Part shown: positions 59,601 through 64,000 of the stretch, piece by piece
Numbering within the stretch: position 1 is the stretch's first letter
Layout of the letters: the number at the start of each line of letters is the position of its first letter
DNA from: Candidatus Moanibacter sp.
GTDB taxonomy: Bacteria; Verrucomicrobiota; Verrucomicrobiia; Opitutales; UBA2987
DNA: 64,000 nt
Assembly: GCA_965215885.1 (NCBI GenBank)
Contig: CBDCEW010000105.1
Coordinates: 288,001-352,000 of the forward strand
Direction of reading: 5' to 3'
Program-made: the position numbers and the translations under genes
The notes under the pieces: generated by a model
The model's input: the letters and a program-made list of their open reading frames with translations, nothing else
Told to the model about the DNA's origin: nothing
Databases searched by the model: none

Positions 59601-60206
59601 TTACATGAGATAGAGAACAGGGAAGAGAAAAATCCACACAAGATCGACGAGATGCCAGAAGAGGCCGGCGCACTCGACCCGGCCCGTGAAGCGCACCGGT
59701 TCAGTCTTCCACATTTTGGAACCGGGCCAATGCAGGTAAGCGAGCGTGCACATGCCGCTGAAGACATGAAGGCCATGTAATCCGGTAATGGTAAAGTAGA
59801 TTGCGAGGAAGGTGCTGCTGGAAGGATAGAGATGGTGATCGAATTTCGCGCTGTATTCGAAGTATTTTACAATGAGGAAGATGAGGCCGCAGGCCAACGT
59901 CGCGTAGTTATAGAGGCGATATTTGTTGAATTCTCCTCTAACCAGCGAAGCCCACGCCAGGACCATCGTGATACTGGAAGTGATCAGAACCACAGTGTTG
60001 ACTGTGGCGAGAGGGACGTTCAGAATGCTTGAACCCACCGGCCAGACTTCGGCACCGACTCGGAGAAGGACGTAGGAAGAAAAGAGTCCGCCAAAGAGCA
60101 TTACTTCGGAGGCGAGAAAGAGCCAGATGCCGAGCTTGGCATTGGTGAGGCCGGTATCCGGCCTCGGCGTATCAACATAGGGTATAACAATGGCAGACAT
60201 ACTCAC
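59601..60206 (-). CDS. coxC: Cytochrome c oxidase subunit III
   Basis: WLFLASEVMLF, NTVVLITSS, TGLHGLHV, FWHLVDLVWIFLF. Confidence 0.95.
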   Translation of the reverse strand: MSMSAIVIPYVDTPRPDTGLTNAKLGIWLFLASEVMLFGGLFSSYVLLRVGAEVWPVGSSILNVPLATVNTVVLITSSITMVLAWASLVRGEFNKYRLYNYATLACGLIFLIVKYFEYSAKFDHHLYPSSSTFLAIYFTITGLHGLHVFSGMCTLAYLHWPGSKMWKTEPVRFTGRVECAGLFWHLVDLVWIFLFPVLYLM

Positions 60207-62018
60207 TCACTCCTGGGCTTTTTGTGGCTTTGAATCCTTTTCAAACTGTGGGCTGAAATCGCGAGAGGCGCCGGGAACGCTGTATTCGTAGGGGCCGTGA
60301 TATGCGGCGACCGGGGTTTCAAAGTTGCCGTGGCCGGGAGGAGAGGGGGCGGCCCATTCGAGGGTGGTGGCCTGCCACGGATTTCGGTCGACCGATTTTC
60401 CTTTTCTGATGCTCCAGATCAGGTTAAAGACGAAAACGATTTGAAAGAGACCCAGAAGCCAGGCGGAGTGAGACATCACCTTGTTCAGATGGAGCAGATT
60501 CGCGGCATGTGAATAGAAACCAGGGTCCAGCACCGCGGCCTGATCGGCATAGGCGGCCCCACCGTCATAGAGCCTGCGATTGATACCTGCCAGACCCTGG
60601 ATCATCATGGGAAAGAAGACGAGGTTCATGCAGACGAGGGAACCGAAGAAGTGCACTTTACCCAGCATTTCGTTCATTTGGCGTCCGGTTATCTTCGGGA
60701 ACCAATGGTAAATTCCCGCAAAGAGGGCAAAGAGCGTCCCAGGAGCTACGACGTAATGAAAATGTCCAATAACGTAATAGGTATCGTGAAGATGGATGTC
60801 GGCGGCACTGAGGCCGAGAGGCAATCCCGTCAATCCGCCAATACCGAACATGGGGAGGAAACCGAGGGCAAAGAGCATGGGCGTATTAAAACGGATGGAG
60901 CCGCCCCACAGGGTAATAAAGAGGCAGGAGAGGATGATCACGGAAGGTATGGAAATGATCATCGTGGTGATTTGGAAAAAGGCATTCATTGTTGTTCCCA
61001 TCCCGGTAATAAACATGTGGTGCGCCCACACGCCGAAAGACATGAAGCCTAGAAAGATGAGCGAGAATACGATCGACTTGTAGCCCCAGAGCGGCTTGCG
61101 CGTATTGGCCGTAAGAACCTCCGTGACAATGGCGAAACCCGGCAAGATCAGGACATAGACTTCCGGATGCGCCAGGAACCAGAAGAGGTGCTGCCAGAGG
61201 ATGGGACTGCCTCCCCCGCTGATCTCGGCGACCTCGCCGCTCACAACGAGTCCGGTGGGAAGGAAGAAACTGGTGTCGGCCAATCGATCCATCAACATGA
61301 GAACGGCGGCTGCTTCGAGCGGAGGAAAGGCGAGGAGGAGCAGGAAGGAGGTCACAAACATTCCCCAGACGAAAAAGGGCAGGCGCATAAATGTCATGCC
61401 GTCAGCGCGCAGTTGAATGGTGGTAACGATGAAATTGATGGCGCTTAAGAGCGACGAGGTAATCAGAAAGACCATACCGAAAAGCCAGTAGGTCTGACCG
61501 TGACCGGCGTCGATATCGGCGAGTGGCGGATAGGAGGTCCACCCCGATTTGGCGGCGCCTTCGGGAAGGAAAAAGCTCGCAACCATGATAACACTGCCGA
61601 CGAAAAGGCACCAGTAGCTGGCGGCGTTAATCTTGGGAAAGGCCATATCGACGGCGCCGATCTGCAGGGGGAGGACGTAGTTGGCGAATGCCCCCACAGC
61701 CAGGGGGACGACTCCCATAAAGACCATGATGGTTCCGTGCATGGCGCCCAATGTGTTGTAATTATCGGGAGTGATGGCGCCGCCTGAATCTCCAAAGAGA
61801 AATCCGAGAAACGGCACCGCCTGGTCTGGATAGGCCATGCTCCAACGCATGAGCATCATGAGGCAGAACCCGAAGAGGAGAAAGGATCCCCCGGTTATGC
61901 CGTACTGCAGGCCGATCATCTTGTGATCGGTGGCGAAGATGTATTTTCGCCAGAAGGCCAGCTCGTAATGGTGTTCGGCTTCGGTCGCTTCGGTAGTGGT
62001 GACGGTATCTTCAGACAT
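60207..62018 (-). CDS. coxA: Cytochrome c oxidase subunit I (A-family heme-copper oxidase)
   Basis: DHKMIG, MHGTIM, DMAFP, GWTSYPP, WFLAHPEVY, WAHH, HDTY..GHFHY, RR. Confidence 0.97.
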   Translation of the reverse strand: MSEDTVTTTEATEAEHHYELAFWRKYIFATDHKMIGLQYGITGGSFLLFGFCLMMLMRWSMAYPDQAVPFLGFLFGDSGGAITPDNYNTLGAMHGTIMVFMGVVPLAVGAFANYVLPLQIGAVDMAFPKINAASYWCLFVGSVIMVASFFLPEGAAKSGWTSYPPLADIDAGHGQTYWLFGMVFLITSSLLSAINFIVTTIQLRADGMTFMRLPFFVWGMFVTSFLLLLAFPPLEAAAVLMLMDRLADTSFFLPTGLVVSGEVAEISGGGSPILWQHLFWFLAHPEVYVLILPGFAIVTEVLTANTRKPLWGYKSIVFSLIFLGFMSFGVWAHHMFITGMGTTMNAFFQITTMIISIPSVIILSCLFITLWGGSIRFNTPMLFALGFLPMFGIGGLTGLPLGLSAADIHLHDTYYVIGHFHYVVAPGTLFALFAGIYHWFPKITGRQMNEMLGKVHFFGSLVCMNLVFFPMMIQGLAGINRRLYDGGAAYADQAAVLDPGFYSHAANLLHLNKVMSHSAWLLGLFQIVFVFNLIWSIRKGKSVDRNPWQATTLEWAAPSPPGHGNFETPVAAYHGPYEYSVPGASRDFSPQFEKDSKPQKAQE

Positions 62019-62127
62019 TTATGCGATGGAGCGTTTAAGGCAGACAGTTGATTAAATCTCCTTGTGGAGCAGCAAGATTAGAGAGCATCTGAATTTCGGG
62101 AATTTGGCTATGTTCCTGAAATGGGAG

Positions 62128-62940
62128 CTACTCTCTGGAAAAGGCGAAATTGACGGTCTGTGCCTCGTTGGCTGCCACAGTTACGGTGGCGACCCGAGTA
62201 CCCATCTTTTCGTGCCAGGCTTCCACTTCATAGGTACCGGCCGCGAGTCCGCTGATTTCGAATGATCCATCTTCGCCCGTGACGGAGAAAAACGGGTGTT
62301 CCATAACCGCGGCATACGAGTTCATCCATGGATGTTTGTCGCATTTCACCCGGAACATCGATTCGACCTTCTTGAAGGACCTAGGTTTCGAATTCTTCAT
62401 ACTGCCGGGCATGGCGAGATTGAATTCGCGATTTTTCTTGGGCAGAGCATGGACGTTGTGCAGGACTCCGTCGGAGTTTTTGAACACGATATTCTGCCCT
62501 TTCATCAGTGCGAAAACGTGGGGAGCGTATTTACACCCGATCTGATCGATCACCACAGGGTCCGAGGGCGGTATGTAGCTTGCCGCGCCGTGTCCACTCT
62601 TTACCGAGACAAAAATGTTTCCCAATGAGTTTCCCTCTCCCAGCACGAGCGCCTCGCTCCTGGGTGAGTGCCCTTTCTTTTCCCACCGGCCGACGCAGAC
62701 AGGTTCATCGGACATGTCAATCTCCTTCAACTTGGGAGCATCTCCTTCGAATTTAACGATCCCTGATATCTTGGCCCCGCCGGTCGGAATTGGAATGGCG
62801 CCTTCGGGGGCGGCGCTGGCTGGAGAGGGAGCGGCTCCCGTATCAGCAGTCTCACCACCGCCACCGCAGCCGGCCATAAACAGCAGAATTAACCCAATGA
62901 AGAGGAATGAAGGAAACCGGAAAGTATTAGCAAATCTCAT
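62128..62940 (-). CDS. Lipoprotein with carboxypeptidase-regulatory-like/cupredoxin-like domains
   Basis: Lipobox MAGC; DQIGCKYAPHV, NSD..LHNVH, KCDKHPWM, GTYEVEAWHE. Confidence 0.82.
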   Translation of the reverse strand: MRFANTFRFPSFLFIGLILLFMAGCGGGGETADTGAAPSPASAAPEGAIPIPTGGAKISGIVKFEGDAPKLKEIDMSDEPVCVGRWEKKGHSPRSEALVLGEGNSLGNIFVSVKSGHGAASYIPPSDPVVIDQIGCKYAPHVFALMKGQNIVFKNSDGVLHNVHALPKKNREFNLAMPGSMKNSKPRSFKKVESMFRVKCDKHPWMNSYAAVMEHPFFSVTGEDGSFEISGLAAGTYEVEAWHEKMGTRVATVTVAANEAQTVNFAFSRE

Positions 62941-63195
62941 ATGCTGTCTCCCAAAGTATAAATAATAGTTTTAATTTAGTCCGCCGCAAAGGAACTGTCT
63001 AGTCGGTGCCGTGTTTGGGTTGGAACCCTTGAGGACGAGAGTAAGTCAACGGGCAGGTATCTATTAGTCGTGATTCGCTTCTGTCAAATTATATTCACGA
63101 AATAAATCAATACCTGTTTCCCGGGCTGGCAACCTGTCGGACTTTGCCGACAGGTTACTAGCAGGAATCTGACGGACCATAAGTCCGATAGATTC

Positions 63196-63678
63196 CTAGT
63201 AGGTGGGCGCCGCGGCGATACCGGAAAGCGCGATCACGACGCCGACAAGCACGCCGTAAATGATGTGTCCCACGAAATGAGCCAGAGCGACACTGTAGCC
63301 GGCATGACGAAATTCCTCCAGAGGATGCTCCTCGGCAATTGCTACCATGAGGCAAATACTCGTTACAAGACCATGAAGAAAACCGAGACCGAGACCGATA
63401 CCGATTATTAAACCGCCCGATTTTGGGCCACCGGCAATGAAAACGAGGGTGTAGAGCATGGCAAATACGATACCCGATATGGTGTGGAGAATCGCACCCA
63501 CGAGCAGAGCCGAGTCTAGCGATTTCGTAAAGAGGCTGCCTATCGCCACTACCATTCGTGCATTTGTGATGCCGGCCTGCGTGACGATGTGGAGAAAGAC
63601 CGTCATCCCCCCGGTGCCGATAAGGCCCGCCAATGTGGAAAAAACCAGAAAACTGAGTATTTGCGATAACTGGTCCAT
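63196..63678 (-). CDS. Four-TM membrane protein with conserved His residues (paralog of 42441-43002)
   Basis: AGL.GT.GMT, NARMV.A.GSLFT, LH.ISG, F.HG, AEEHPLEEFR, AH...H..YG shared by both copies. Confidence 0.8.
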   Translation of the reverse strand: MDQLSQILSFLVFSTLAGLIGTGGMTVFLHIVTQAGITNARMVVAIGSLFTKSLDSALLVGAILHTISGIVFAMLYTLVFIAGGPKSGGLIIGIGLGLGFLHGLVTSICLMVAIAEEHPLEEFRHAGYSVALAHFVGHIIYGVLVGVVIALSGIAAAPTY

Positions 63679-64000
63679 GCCTGTTGGCTTTTCTAAAGGC
63701 AGCCGGATTATTCTGGTGTAAGCGTCACGAGGCAAGGACGTTTTTCCCGATGTTGTTTTGAGCTCTATTAAACTGACCCTTTTTGCGACCCCGTGGTCGA
63801 CTTCAGAATATGAGAAAATGGGTGTCTCGGAATTTCTTGCAGTGACTGTCGGAGAGGCCTACAAGGGAGCGAACATAGCTCAGTGAGTCGCGTCTCTAAC
63901 CGAGTTTGAGGATCACGAATCATCGCTGATGGATTCAGGACGGTTCTGGTTGATCAGGAGGAATGCACTGGACGGGAAGGGCCCGTCTGTTGAGACGTTC

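Noticed and set aside
63070..63115. FNR or Rex box upstream of the cox operon
   Set aside because: AT-rich with partial half-sites only; spacing does not fit either consensus
1..64000. tRNA or rRNA genes
   Set aside because: No cloverleaf or rRNA-like segment recognised by eye; a covariance search was not possible

Overview
Bacterial chromosomal window, tentatively Verrucomicrobia/Opitutae-like from protein styles (not provable here), in three parts. (1) 1-26 kb is a decaying accessory region: a small orphan integron-cassette remnant at 1-1.9 kb, catabolic genes, many deletion or frameshift pseudogenes, four IS elements (three with mappable target duplications, one nested in another) and several MITEs. 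(2) 26.3-39.9 kb is an integron with a deletion-inactivated intI and about 10-11 minus-strand cassettes whose boundaries can be read from matching attC core and inverse-core 7-mers. Cassettes include three TA pairs, a GNAT, a frameshifted aac(3)-like gene, an esterase, a TonB-domain gene and a GH43-like gene. Three attC sites hold four copies of a miniature group IIC-attC intron that lacks most of its RT ORF; two copies are stacked head-to-tail in one attC. (3) 42-64 kb is a largely intact respiratory island: an A-family heme-copper oxidase whose K-channel lysine appears replaced, a CydA-like 'bd-like' subunit with no cydB followed by three cytochromes c (one with an EBDH-gamma-like domain), and a convergent SCO / Mrp / radical SAM-SPASM / USP / GNAT cluster that reuses a PCP_red-like module five times. 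Short GC-rich hairpins behave as polymorphic insertions across the window. All family calls come from motif recognition by eye; no database was searched.
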